Shown: piece after piece, positions 28,665-41,469 of the stretch
How positions within the stretch are numbered: position 1 is the stretch's first letter
How the letters are laid out: every line of letters starts with the position of its first letter
Origin: Epiperipatus broadwayi
Lineage: Eukaryota; Animalia; Onychophora
DNA: 64,000 bases
NCBI GenBank assembly: GCA_028023455.1
Contig: JAQFVV010000001.1
Span: 310,001 to 374,000 of the forward strand
Direction of reading: 5' to 3'
The notes under the pieces: generated by a model
Database searches by the model: none
What the model was told of the DNA's origin: nothing
Seen by the model: only the letters and a program-made list of their open reading frames with translations
Program-made: the position numbers and the translations under genes

Positions 28665-29794
28665 ATATAGTGTATGCAATTTTCAGTAAATATGCATAAG
28701 CTTGGAACTACATAATTTACAGTGTTTTAACTGTATGTATATATATATTAACATATAAGAACAGTAAAAAAATTTCAAACACATATACATTATCAACATT
28801 AAGTCATCCATAAATCAGTATGGTTACACTAACACCGGGGGGGTATTGAAATGACTATATAATCCATGAAACATAAATATATCCATATTTCATATTAATT
28901 CTTTTATTTCATGATTTTTTTCTTTCTGAAATATTTCATTATCTTATCTAATTACCAGCTCTCTAATGGATTCTAGCTTTGGTCATAAACTTTCATTAAA
29001 AGCAGTCAATATTACATTTTTTAGAACATCTTTGAGCTGACCATAACATAATACAAACAAAATCTACCATTCTTTTAAAAACCAATTGTACTATAAAATA
29101 CATTTTAAAAAGAATATATTACCATCATCAACTTCACAAATTCAAACTAACAAAGATGTGCCTTATGATTAAAGGTTCATCATAATATCCAGCAAAGCAA
29201 ACAATACATCAAATAATCTTATGATTTTGCCATTATATTTTTAAAATCTTAAAGAGCATCCTTAAATGAATTTTTTCCTGAACTTTTATATTGTTATTGG
29301 AGATTCATGTCTCACTTCAGTATAATGTGAGCAAAATAATAGCATTAAGTAGTTATACAAAACTATTATAATGGAATTCTCTATCTTTTAATATGCTACA
29401 TACTGTAGTTGCACATAAATCTGTATTGTAACTAAAAACTTGTTTTTTCTGTCATTAGTTAATTAAGGACTTGATTTTTTTTAACATTAATTACTAACTT
29501 GGTCTTAGTTAAATTGTATTCTTAACACTTTATAAATCATTTTTTGAATTGCCAAAAATTTCATAATCATCAACATTCTGAAAATCTACACACCAAAAAT
29601 TTTTTATTTCTAAAATGAACATAGTATTTTAATCATTTTTATTTATTTAACTTCTGTTGATGTTAAATTTGGATAAGAATAAAATTATTCTTCTCATCTT
29701 ATCTATGGCTACTGATATCTATATCAAAAGATATAAATTTATTTAAAATTAAACCATAATGTTCAGTTTGATGAAATTAAAGTAGATCATAATC

Positions 29795-30400
29795 TTAAAA
29801 ATAGAAATGCTGCAAGTCCTTACTAATAAATACCCGAAGGTTTTAAATATGGAGACTATGTTAACTTCTAAACTAATGAAATGTTTTAGGAATATATGAA
29901 TCCATAAAGTTGAGCCACTTAATTTTAAAAATGCTTCTATTGTTCTATTTTATAAGAACAGAGGAAATAAAAAGGACTGCAATAATTATCATGGCATATT
30001 GTTATTCAATTACAGCAAAACTATTTTCAAGGATTTATTGAATAAATTGTTTCCGTCAGAGATAAATAGCTATTGGAGACTCAATGTTTTAAGAATCAAG
30101 AAGCAACATAGTTTTTATCACCAGTCAAATGCAGAAAAAAGTAGAAAGCGAATGTGTAATTGGTGTATAACTTTTATTGATTTGCTCAACCATTTTAACC
30201 CAAATAATTAAAAATCTTTCTTATCACTCAAGTTTATCCATACTATATAACAACAACATAAGAGAATGAGAGAAAACATCATTACTACTGATGGAAAATA
30301 AGCATTTGAAATGAAAAGTGGTGTTTAATAGGGATATATTCCAAATTTGTTTTCCATTTTTCTTACAGTGATCTCTAGAATAGTTTATAAGCAATTACAC
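29795..30400 (+). mobile_element. RTE-like LINE reverse transcriptase relic
   Basis: KNRNAASP..., ASIVLFYKNRGNKKDCNNYHGILL (NYRGISLL-like motif), TFIDL; frameshifted. Confidence 0.65.
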
Positions 30401-30974
30401 AAAGTAGTTATTAAGATGCAATGTAGATTTCATGATGGAGTTTTTAATTTGAACTGGTTTATTCTAATATTCAAATGAATATATTTCAAAAGAATGATTA
30501 TTGTTCTAAAATTATTGTAAGATTTATTACTTTTCAAATTTTTTCAAAATGTATAACATATAAAGATCTTCTTAAGTTACACAACTTAGAAATAAGATGA
30601 AACATTACTTAATATTTTGCATTTGCTCATATTAGAAACCATTTTAAGTTCAAAATGAATATCTCCTAATAAAGTATTCAGAAAAAAAAAATCTTATACA
30701 TAACCAAACCATACTATCCATTTTAATAACCAATGTAAGAAAACATTAAAAATAGTTTTAATTGACTTACTATTTTCTGATTTATTCTCACACTCGTATA
30801 TGTTTGTGTATGCTTTATCCCATGTGCATGTTGTGTGTATTTGCATATATGTAAGAGAAGTCATAGCTTAAGTATTATTTATTACAAACATTCTAAATAC
30901 TCATGCAGTATTTTTAAGTTATCTATTCTTAATCTGATGACTTTTTTCATATATATATATTATTTTTTTTCCAG

Positions 30975-31163
30975 AAATTTTCTGTAACATCTTCCTGTGA
31001 TAAATGTGGAGGATATAAGTTAGTTCCTTGCACTTCCTGTAGAGGAAGTAAGAAGTCGTTATTAAGAAATCATTTTACAGAAGAATTTTGTGCACTACGC
31101 TGTGTAGCCTGTGATGAAAGTGGTTTGGAATTCTGTGATTTATGTCAAGATCAAGATGTCTAA
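30975..31163 (+). CDS. GRXCR1: Terminal coding exon, GRXCR1/CG31559-like protein (four CxxC motifs)
   Basis: TTTTCCAG acceptor; KFSVTSSCDKCGGYKLVPCTSCRGSKKSLLRNHFTEEFCALRCVACDESGLEFCDLCQDQDV* (62 aa plus TAA). Confidence 0.95.
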   Translation, partial: KFSVTSSCDKCGGYKLVPCTSCRGSKKSLLRNHFTEEFCALRCVACDESGLEFCDLCQDQDV

Positions 31164-32410
31164 TGCAAGCATGAGTTATTTCATAGGAGAGATACAATTT
31201 CTGTATTAATTTATTTATAAATGTTAAAGATTCTTTAATACCTCTTTACTTTTTAGATAATCCATATACAATCCTATGATTTTTGTTTAATTTAAAAAAA
31301 AAAAATTGATGACTTCAAATCATAAAACTGAAAAGATAAAATTTCTTTGAGACAAATGCAAATATATATATATATATCTGTGATTAACATTCCACATTCT
31401 TTTAAATTTTAATTCATTGTATTTATATAATAAAAAAATATATTTTATTAAACTTTGTTTCTACTTTGATATGAGACACAAATAATATTTATATAAAAAC
31501 TGTAATAATATTGAATATTATTACATTTAAATGAAGAAGAAAAAGAGTTTGTAATTTATTTCAGAATTACATAACCTTATTTATTTCAAATATAAATTTA
31601 TTTATTCAATCATTTTAATTTGTCTTTTTGATGAAAATATGATAGTCTCTTTGCTTTATCAAACTGTTAAAAAAATTATTTTCTAGTAAATATTTAATTA
31701 CAATTGAAAGTTCTCTAGTAATAATTCATTAACTAAAATTGAAATATAAACAGACAACATATATTCAAAAGCTATATTTGTAAACATTATGAGTAATCAC
31801 TGAATAACAGATTCCTGATTATTTTCTAATACTATTGCCCTTTTTTCAGTTGTATTGGAGGAGGGGGGTGCACTTTTATATTATAGTCAATGAAAAATAA
31901 TCTTACTTAAGCTATTCAAGCTTAAAAATTTTGAATCCAAACTAATTATGTCAGCAAGCTAACTGCAGTCATGACTGATCTTTGGTAAGATTATTTGTAG
32001 TATATAATAAAATATCTCACACTTTTTTTTTATTATTTTTAACATATGCTTTTAGAAGCAGTTTTCTTCATTCTACTCTAAAATCAACTATTTTGAGCTC
32101 AAGTTATCAATAGAAAATAGATGGAAGTATTATTATATTCATATTTCTAGACTAATTTTTAGCTTACTTATTTCATTAGTGATATGTTTTTTGGCACATG
32201 CAAATCTGGCTAAAGTATGAAAGGTGCTTGCAATTAACATAAAGCTGAAGTCATTCAAATACACTGTTACTAATCTATTATTAGATTTACATAACTATAT
32301 ATAAGTACATTGAATTTGATTTACAATTTTAGTGTTTTTGAATTTCAGATTATTTTTTTGATAATATAAAATGAGATAGCTATTTGGTGTGATTTGCATT
32401 AGTTCACAAT

Positions 32411-32450
32411 TCGTCACTGATAAAAGTCATATGCCAGAAACTGATCTGGA
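32411..32450 (+). ncRNA. Degenerate family-1-like hammerhead
   Basis: CA-CTGATAA-AAGTCATATGCCA-GAAAC-TGATC-TGGA aligns to CA-CTGATGA-AGGCCACAAGCCA-GAAAC-TAGTC-TGGA; downstream sequence weakly matches the family tail. Confidence 0.5.
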
Positions 32451-35400
32451 AATGGGGATACAAGAGCACTATCATCTGGTAGTTAGTTATTGATTACTCA
32501 AGCTTACAAGTGGTGACTATGGGGTAGAGTGAAGAGAAAGCACATATTTAATGTATGTAGAGAAAGTCATATAATGTTTTGAAATCAAATAGTACTTAAG
32601 AAATGATAAAGTAATGGCAAATTATGATCACAGTTAACAGTACTATAATACTCAATATTTATTGAAACAATAAATCAAAAGAATAAAAATAAAAAGAAAT
32701 TAACACTTCTGTTAAGATTTGGAAAATGTGTTTCATAAATAATTAAAATTTTTGGACAGAAAGTATTTTTATGTATAAATGTATGTATACATACATACAT
32801 ATATATAAAACAAAAAATAATATATTTATATATCTAATACTGAAACAATAACCGTTTTATAAGAGGTAGTTAATAAAATATTAACATCGACAGAATTAAT
32901 AGTGATCATACTGAAGCATTTTTGTGAAGAAATGTATATATATATTTATATTGAACAATAACCATTTCATGAACTGTAGTTAATAAAATGAATTGAAATG
33001 GCAAAGTAGCATTGCATGTAATTATCTTGTGTAATACAGCAGTAGTAATAAATTTTAATAGCGATTGTAATATGAGATTTATTATAATTTGAAATTTACA
33101 AAAGGCTATGGAATGTAATAATATATATATACATTCAAACATTTTATTAAAAGAAAATTTCACCAATACTGAACCAACTAAAATGTATTTTGTCAACTAT
33201 TAACGGTAGATTAGGATGTGTGTGTAAATTTATTGTCTCAATGAATAGGTATAGATGAGATACTTCAAATAATATACTTTGTTAAAAAGAAAGGTGAATA
33301 ATTTTATGGCATAATAGAAAAGTAAGCAAGATTTATTACAGCAAATTTTTATTTTTATAAATAGAATATATATTCCTAAAATATTATATTTAAAATTTAT
33401 ATTAATACAATGTTAATGAATTTAAGAATTATGTAACACCATAATTAATCAGTGTACTTTTGAGCTATAATATTTATAATTTTATAATATTAGTTAAACT
33501 TCAATTAATCAAATTTTATAAAAATTGTTTGTTTCTTTTTTCAAAATTTTATTAAAACTGTTTTTTAATTAAAAGGATATTATATGATTTTGATTAATTT
33601 AAATTACAAGATTAGTGAAGCAGATAGTCAAAGTTTAGATTGTTTTGCAGTCAGTTTGCTAATAAAATAGAGTGAATTAGCATCAGAAACATTAAAGATT
33701 ATTTCTAATAGCCATTACAAATATCATATTTACCAAAATCATTATCACTTTGAGTCTGAAGCCTGCCTTCACAATGTGATTTTTAGTGAAGAAAGGAGAT
33801 AAAAATCATATAGCTGAAAAAGAAAAGCCATAGTACCCATAATATCTACTCCAGCATGATAATGAATTCTCTGAGCCACAAGTTCATTACTAGAAATGAA
33901 AGTTGCTAAATTAAGGATAACAATCTGCAATGAATTTTAAATGATGATTTATCTCAAAGGAAAGCTTATTTAAAGGACTTTCCTTGTGAGAACATTTTAA
34001 CTAACAATGAAAGATAGCTAAAGATTCAAAGTGCACAACATATTAAGTTATTACCAATAAGAAATATCAATGCATTTTTTAAAGGTCTACTATCAATGTA
34101 TATTTATTATTATTTATATGAATTTTGATAGGTGAAAAAGTTCAATGATAATTGTTTTATGCCTTTGTATTTAATTTATACACCTCCCCCCAATTGCTAT
34201 ATAATTCAAAATCGTTCATCAACATATATTAAGTAGGTGATCTATTTTATTTTTTATATGATGTTTAAATTATGTATACATCTTTGGGAAGTAATTATTT
34301 TTTGTTTTGTATATCTAGTATTTAGACTGGTTAAGTTAATTATTTAATTTAAAAAAAAAAAGATGTATGCATAAAAAGACTGTTTATTTGATTTATTACT
34401 CTATAAAGGGTATATACATACATATAAAAAGTTTTAAAAAAAAATGGATTAGGGTTTTGGCAAGATCAAAAGAACAAAGAATACAGTTTTATTTGTGTAT
34501 ATTTAAAATTTATATTAGGCATTTCTTTAAATAATATGCATAAATACTTTTAATTTGAAAAAGAAAATTATTTTTAAATATTTTCTTAAATATATTTTTG
34601 ATAAAACTATCACTTCAATTAAAATTTCAAAATATGTAAATGGCTTTGCATAAAAAATGAGGCAGATTATAGTATAAACTAATTAATGAGATTTAAAATC
34701 AAAATTATGAAAAAATATTTATAGAAAAACATCTTTTGTTTTGAGAATTAAATTTTATTTCAGAAGAATTTATAGAAAGTATAGTAAACTTAATTAACCA
34801 CATAATACTAAATTGTCCAAGCACTTTACTACTGTTGCATGATGCTTTATTTACCACCCTTTCTTACAGTTTCGATTGCCCCAGCAATCTTCTTCAGAAC
34901 TTTATATCTCCTAATCTCAACTGTTCAATTATTATTATTAAACAATTAAATGAGTTCAATCAGAGTCAGTGTATTGTAGACAATCCATTAATTAATGCAT
35001 ATTTGGATTGTTAAGTTAAATTGTCCTATCTCTAGATCAACATATTGAAGCCATACTTTGCTAGAGAAACCAAGATATGTAACAATTAACCATGTATACC
35101 TGGAAGGATAGCTAACTTATCATCAACATACTTTTGCATTAACATATTTACATCAGAAAACAGACTCTTGAAGCTTCATTAGCTAACACTATAGATGATC
35201 AATTACTTGTGTTGAAAAAATATTAAATTCATAGTATGTACAATTACACAAAATTAAAATAGAATGCTAAAAAAATTTATAACACTGGAAATAAATTTAT
35301 ATTTACATGAACTTTGTAATAAGAACTTTTTTCACATTATATTACAGCTTTAAGTTCATGTAAATCTGCCATTCTAATATTTTAATGACAAATCTTTGCA

Positions 35401-35628
35401 TGCAGAGTATTAACATGTACTTAGATAATCACCGAAAGTGCACTCAGCTTTAGGTTATAAAGAAGAAAGAAATCATTTTGTTATGCAGATGAATAAATGT
35501 GTGCAAATTTAAGTTACAAATACAGATGAAGGGGGGGAATCAATATATATATATACATGTGCATACAGACAAGCTCAGTACTTAGCTTTAAGAAAAAAAT
35601 TACTTTGTTATTTTTAAAACCTTTTTTT

Positions 35629-38228
35629 GGTTGTGATCTGATCTTTCGTGTCAGCCGCAGGATGGCGCTATTTCTAGCTTAATTTCTAGAAATATGCTGT
35701 TTCCATGGCTGCACCCAAGCCTTTAAGCATTCTTTCTACAATAAATCCTAGAAATATTGTTAACTCAGAGTTAAGCCTTCTTTCTACGATAAAACCTAGA
35801 AAGAGTGTTAACTCGGCTTAGCGGCTAATGGTGTGGCTTTTTCCGATGCTAAAAACAGAGGAATATGCCATAGTTGTTTGTGTTACGCACTATATCGTAA
35901 TACTGTGTTATGTATTTTATGTAACAATATCGTACGAGGGTGTGTTAAGTTCATTGTGTCAAAATTATTTAAATTTTCATTCAGGCCTTTTTTTAAAATA
36001 CGAATTGATGTACTGTTACCTTTTAACAATTTTAACAGTGTCGTGATTGTTCCTCATAAAGCTGTAAGCCTCCTAAATTATCTATTAGGGTGGGGTAGAG
36101 TAATTTTTTTGACAATCACACTTTGAGTCACATTTTAGCGAGAAATTTTCCAAGACCAAGAATATGGCTACTTCGAACACAAAAAACTTGAAAAGATGGA
36201 AATTGCCAAACACGGAAGCTGGCACTGGAACATTTCTATAGCAAAAAAACATCCTGCTGAAAGAAAAGATATGATTGTGTGGCAAATATATGCAGACTTT
36301 AGGTCCAAAAACATCTTTTGACTTTCATTTGTAAGTCTCGTTGTTGCCGACGGAAATGTTCACTTTGTAAAGGGCAGCTTGTTTGAGGGATTCCAAATGG
36401 CCTTCGTCAAATGTCAAATAAAAGTAACTTAAATTTTTATTTAAACATACATCCCTTCTCCCAATAATTGTTGTCGGAAATCAAATGTAAAATAAAAGAA
36501 GTAACTAAAATTTTTATTTAAACATACACCAAAAAACCCCAGTTCTCCTACTAATTGTTGTTGGCAATCAAATGTAAACCAATAAAAGACCGTAAATTAT
36601 TATTTAAACATAACCCAAATTAATATTTGAACATAAACCAAAAAAGACCCACTCTTGTAAATAAAAATTAAAGAAACAACTATTATTGTCCCATTGTCAA
36701 AAATATTATTTGGGAAACCAAAATAATTTATAAATGAAAAAAAGAAAGTAAAATTGGTTGTCAATCAAATATAACCAATAAAAGTAACTTAAATTTTTAT
36801 TTAAACATACACACACACAAAAAAATAAACCCTTCTGCCAATAATTGTTGTCGGCAATCAAATATAAAATAAAAGTAAAGTAAATTATTATTTAATCGTA
36901 CACAAAAACACCCCTCCTGCTAATTGTTGTCGGCAATCAAATGTAAAGCAATAAAATTAAGGTAAATTATTTTTTAAACGTAACCCAAATTACTATTTGA
37001 ACATACACCAAAAAAGACCCTTTTGTCAATAAAAATTAAAGAAACAACTATTATTGTCCCATTGTCAAAAATATTATTTGGGAAACCAAAATAATTTATA
37101 AATGAAAGAAAGTCAAATCAGTTGTCAATCAAATGTAACCAATAAAAGTAATTTAAATTTTTATTTAAACATACACAAAAAAACCCTTTCTCCCAATAAT
37201 TGTTGTCGGAAATGTAAAATAAAAGTAACGTAAATTATTATTTAATCATAACACAAAAACACCCCTCTCACTAATTGTTGTCAATAAAATGTACACCACT
37301 AAAAGTAACATAAACTGTTATTTAAACATACACCCCTTCTCCCAATAATTGTTGTCGACAATCATACACACACACACAAAAAAAAAACACCCAATAATTA
37401 TTGTCAATCAAATGTAAACCAATAAAAGTAAGACTGTAAATTATTATTTAAACATAACCCAAATTACTATTTGAACATACACCAAAAAACACCCTCTTGT
37501 CAATAAAAATTAAAGAAACGACTATTATTGTCCTATTGTCAAAAATATTATTTGTGGAACCAAAACCATAATTTATAAACAAAAGAAAGTCAAATTGGTT
37601 GTCAATCAAATGTAACCAATAAAAGTAACTTAAATTTTTATTTAAACATACACACACACACACAAAAAAAAAACCCCTTCTGCCAATAATTATTGTCGGC
37701 AATCAAATATAAAATAAAAGTAACGTAAATTATTAAATAATCGTACACAAAAACACCCCTCCCACTAATTGTTGTCGGCAATCAAATGTAAAATAAAAGT
37801 AATGTAAATTATTATTTAATCATACACAAAAACACCCCTCCCACTAATTGTTGTCAATCAAATGTAAACCTATAAAAGTAACATAAGTTATTATTTAAAG
37901 AGCCATCCAAAAAACCCGTTCTCTCTTTAATTTTGTCAATCAAATTTTAAAAAACAGTAATACTATTTAAAAAACACAAATTACTATTTGAACATACACC
38001 AAAAAAGACCATCTTGTCAATAAAAATTAAAAAAACAACTATTATTATTCCATTGTCAAAAATATTATTTGGGAAAAATAATTTAGAAACGAAAGAAAGT
38101 AAAATTTGTAAACAAAAAAAAAAAAGTCAATATTAATAGAGAATCTCTAACGCGGAACGTTATATTAATGTGTTTTTGGTTAGAAATAGCACCATCCCGC
38201 GACTGACACGAAGGATCAGATCACAACC
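35629..38228. mobile_element. Mutator/MULE-like non-autonomous element (2600 bp)
   Basis: About 48-bp TIRs GGTTGTGATCTGATCTTTCGTGTCAGCCGCAGGATGGCGCTATTTCTA with few mismatches. 9-bp TSD CCTTTTTTT (35620-35628, 38229-38237). No transposase ORF. Confidence 0.85.
36405..38100. repeat. Internal minisatellite with higher-order organisation
   Basis: About 70-90 bp monomers (AATTGTTGTCGGCAATCAAATGTAAAATAAAAGTAAC...) punctuated by a longer marker block at 36616, 36986, 37460 and 37977. Confidence 0.9.
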
Positions 38229-38683
38229 CCTTTTTTTTAGTTTACAATATTATATATATACAAGTACCTGAATTCATACAAATGCTGTATCAAAAAAAAA
38301 AACAAAAACACTTTGCTTCAAGTCTTAAACAAAAGAGAAAGATAAAAAGAAATAAGAATACTAACTAAAAATTATAAATAATTTGTAATTATATATTGGA
38401 CTATTTTTATCATCTAGAATTAATTGTTAAATATCTTTAGAAAAATTCAAACTTTGTTTAAACTTTTTTAATATATTCAACTGTTAATAATATCAACCAT
38501 CATGCTTCAAGTAGTATTGTTCTCTTCTTCAGATATTGTTGACTTGATCAGTGATAGCACTAGCATGAAAATCAAAATTGGGACATTTAAATTTATGAAT
38601 AATTTAAGATGATGCTCTAATCAACTAGATTGTTTTTCAAAGACAACTGTCAGTAGAAATTTGATATAATTATCTATGAGGCT

Positions 38684-39081
38684 ATCAAACCACCAAGCAT
38701 CACATGATCACCATTTCTTATGCTTACTCATAACTGTTATTAAAACAGGCAAAATGTATGGGTACTGAACTGAGTTATGACTATATAAGCTAATGAGCTT
38801 AGATTGAAAATATTGTTTACAATTTTATTCTCATAGTTTTGTATTAAGTAGAGATAAAAGGTGGCTGCTGGAGGATTGCATTGGATCCTAAGATCTAGGT
38901 GCACCGCACTCAGACCCAAGGCTCCTCACTGATGAAGGCCACAAGCCAGAAACTAGTCTGGAGATATTGGATGAGTAGGCACTAGATAGGAATTTTATGC
39001 ACAAGCCTTCTGGCATCCATTAATTACTCTGGCTTGCACTGAGTGGCACTACTGTATGGAGAGTTTTCCCTGTTTTTTTTT
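38684..39081 (+). mobile_element. HHR family 1 element, best-preserved copy
   Basis: Short inverted tail at left plus a sense copy; 15-bp TSD ATTATCTATGAGGCT (38669-38683, 39082-39096). Confidence 0.85.
38914..38972 (+). ncRNA. Type I hammerhead ribozyme (family 1)
   Basis: Stem I ACCCAA-GGC-TCCTCA / TGGAGA-TA-TTGGAT; CUGAUGA 38929-38935; stem II GGC/GCC with CACAA loop; GAAAC 38949-38953; palindromic stem III ACUAGU; predicted cleavage after GUC at 38958. Confidence 0.8.
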
Positions 39082-40825
39082 ATTATCTATGAGGCTCCTA
39101 TTGATTTTCTCCATTTTTAAATACAAGATTAATGATAATTTCTAAATATTATGAATTATCATACTAGTTTGACTTATGGGATTATTTGCCATTGTCACAT
39201 AATCAGCTTCTCTAAATTTTCAGTACTTATGTATATTGTATTATTCCTCCTCCAAAAGCTTGCCAGGCATTTTTTTTTTAATTATCCATTTTCAATGACG
39301 TCCAAATATTTGTTTATGTGTTTTCCTCAAAATTATTTTACCAAACGTGTTACTTGTTAAGTTTAAAAAATATTAATAAACCTCTTATAAATTCCATTCA
39401 CAACATTTAATTAATTCTTTTTTTCTTTGTATACATTATAAATATTTATCGAACATATGTTACTAATTAAATTTAAAAAATATTAAGAAATCGATTCTAA
39501 ATTCTTGTTAATTTTCAAAAATATTAATAAAACTCATAAATTCCTTTCACAGTGAACATTTGTCATGATTTGTTTTTATATTTAGCATAAAATTGTTGTT
39601 GAACATCATTGGTATTTTTTTCCTTTTAATATTTTGCCAAAAGGATTAAAATGTGGGATCTTTCATTGACAGAAGAACATGCAGTAGAGTATTTCCAAAA
39701 TTTCAGGATGCTAACCAACATGGATGAATACTTCTACAGCAGTGGTTGTTCTGTGGCTTGTGCAGAGAGACTGGTGAGTACTTTATTATATTTTTTAATA
39801 ATATGAAAAAAATTAAAATAAAAGGAAATATTAAATACAACAGTTTCCAGTCAGCCCCATTGTTTTCAAGATTTATTTGATGCCCCTGAAAATAGATAAT
39901 TAAAAAGAAAAGTCTGGCAAGCTCCTGGTGAAGAGATAATACATAAGTACCAAATTTTCATTTTAAAACTTTTTTCAAGTTTCTCATATTTATCAATATC
40001 ATGTAAATTGATATACCATGTCAAATAATAATTTAAACTATAATTCTTCAATAATTGATTTTCATTAAACTTTTTTCCTTTTTGTAATGAGTTAAATGTT
40101 TTATTTAAAAAATGAATGATTTCAATATTTATATTATATATAAATATTTTCAATGCTTTTATTTCTTTATTCTAATGTTTTTAAGTGATAAAAAATTAGA
40201 ATAAACCATGAAGAAAACTGATATTCAATCAAAACTGAAGAATAAAATAAAAGCATTGGAAAAAAATAAAATAAATCATTTTTTAAACAATTATTATTCA
40301 ATAATATCTCTATCCCCGAGCCCAAACTATACCTTTTTTCAACTCATTTTTTTCTTACATAAAAAAACTCAACATTTTTTCTTATAAAATCCTACAATCT
40401 TTATGCAATAAAGTAAGTTTTTTTCTTTTTACATTTTTGACTTTTATTTTCAAATAATTTTTTAGAAAGTAATTTTATTCCAAAAGCATCAATTAAAAAC
40501 CTAGCACACTTAATATTCACTAAAACTGCAATAAATATAATATACTTATATAATAAATGCAGCATAATTAATCTACTAAATGAAGTATTTTAATAAACAT
40601 GCAGCAATAAATAAAATAAGCACTTAATCTTAAAAGGATTTTATATATATATTATACAATAAAAAGTAAAAAAATGTAGAAGAAAAAACTTTATTTATAT
40701 AAGATAACATAAGACAATTGTAAACATTTTTTTCAAAAATTTTATATATATATAAAAAGAAAAAAAATTATATTTATAATTTTTTTAAAAAAAAATCTGA
40801 TTACATATATAGAACTAAAAAAAAA

Positions 40826-40951
40826 TCATCCTGTTGGGGTGTCATTACTTTTCTGATCAAATTTACTTTTTTTATTCTTCACCATATAAATAAAGAAAGT
40901 TAATGCTTCTTTTTCAACAACTGGGATAGTTTTGAAGTGTCTTGTTAAGGA
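40826..40951 (-). CDS. SAP30L: Terminal coding exon of Sin3-associated protein SAP30/SAP30L
   Basis: TTTTTATAG acceptor; [41 protein letters not shown] matches the SAP30 Sin3-binding C-terminus. Confidence 0.95.
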   Translation of the reverse strand, partial: SLTRHFKTIPVVEKEALTFFIYMVKNKKSKFDQKSNDTPTG

Positions 40952-41383
40952 CTATAAAAAATAAAATATAATAATAAATATATAAAGTGTCAATAATAAT
41001 TTATAAATTAAAAATAAAAGCATATATGAATAAATATACATATTAAAGAAAACATAACTGATTATTTAGACCATCATTTATAATATACTTTAGTTAAACT
41101 ACAGTTATGATTTTATTTCATCTATAGTTTAATTTTAAACAGAATCTGCAGGAGATATCAGAATTTAGTTATGATATCTTTGAATCTGAGCTTTTTTTCC
41201 TTTTGTTTGAAAAATTCTTAAATTTTATAAATATATTAAAGCTTTGAACGTTCCATCATCAGATTTTCAATGAAATGGAAGGCTAAAGAGATGTGAGTTG
41301 GAATAGTTTGAAGCCTGTCCATTAAAGTATAAAGATTGGCTATCTTAATATAAAGCTGAGTAGTGATTATATATATGTGTGAG

Positions 41384-41451
41384 GATAGTAATCTAGACCA
41401 ACTGATGATTGCTGGTTTAGCATGAAATACGTATATTGGTGATTATTTATC
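41384..41451 (+). ncRNA. Type I hammerhead ribozyme (family 2)
   Basis: Stem I GATAGTAATC-TAG-ACCAA / TTGGT-GATTATTTATC; CUGAUGA 41402-41408; stem II UGCU/AGCA closed by U.U; GAAA 41424-41427; palindromic AUACGUAU stem III; predicted cleavage after AUA at 41435. Confidence 0.78.
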
Positions 41452-41469
41452 TTTTCAACATGTGTGTGA

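Larger units (their letters stand above)
38390..39260 (-). mobile_element. PLE 3' fragment (GIY-YIG tail, tRNA-like module, HHR family 4), interrupted by a family 1 insertion
   Basis: Colinear with 59410-59840. Minus-strand CTGAAGA core at 38526-38532; interrupted at 38684-39081. Confidence 0.7.

Noticed and set aside
28830-29200. Possible Tc1/piggyBac relic
   Set aside because: Only a vague DLNPIE-like similarity, with no paired TIR.
36405-38100. Repeat array as CRISPR
   Set aside because: Eukaryotic context, no unique spacers, no cas genes; it lies inside a TIR element.
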